This document shows positions 63,146 to 64,000 of a stretch of 64,000 nt of DNA, piece after piece. A program made the translations under genes and the position numbers. This DNA is from Escherichia coli (GTDB taxonomy: Bacteria > Pseudomonadota > Gammaproteobacteria > Enterobacterales > Enterobacteriaceae), in assembly GCF_048403405.1 (NCBI RefSeq), contig NZ_CP183129.1; one strand, given 5' to 3'. Each line of letters starts with the position of its first letter. Positions within the stretch are counted from its first letter, which is position 1. The notes beneath the pieces were generated by a model that was given only the letters and a program-made list of their open reading frames with translations, searched no databases and was not told the origin of the DNA.

Positions 63146-64000
<855 letters not shown>

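Overview
This window reads as an Escherichia coli-type chromosomal segment, in reverse orientation relative to the K-12 map as I recall it. Positions ~6350-64000 are a dense, conserved housekeeping block: ybaT-glsA, copA, ybaP, ybaK, ushA, fsr, ybaL, gsk, aes, hemH, adk, htpG, recR, ybaB, dnaX, apt, ybaN, priC, ybaM, mscK, acrR-acrAB, tomB-hha, maa, ylaC, pdeB, ybaA, ffs, atl, ybaY, tesB, amtB-glnK, mdlBA, decR, cof, ybaE, queC, fadM, ybaV, ppiD, hupB, lon, clpX, clpP and the 3' part of tig. Positions 1-~6300 are accessory: the first ~1515 codons of a giant Ig-repeat adhesin (minus strand, running off the window) preceded by a TolC-family outer-membrane gene, i.e. part of a type I secretion adhesin island, which is known as a class rather than undescribed. 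Read directly from the sequence: two programmed -1 frameshift sites (copA and dnaX), two small RNAs (ChiX and 4.5S), sigma32 promoters for htpG, lon and clpP, a sigma54 promoter for glnK, the CueR and AcrR operators, and several intrinsic terminators. The interval where I recall K-12 carrying ybaQ has no ORF and instead holds a GC-rich hairpin-rich segment. No CRISPR array, IS element, prophage, tRNA or rRNA was seen. Coordinates were anchored to the ORF track; the many ORFs lying antisense to real genes were discarded, and ORFs whose track start sits upstream of the recognisable N-terminus were trimmed. All protein identities rest on recognition of the translated sequence, not on a database search.
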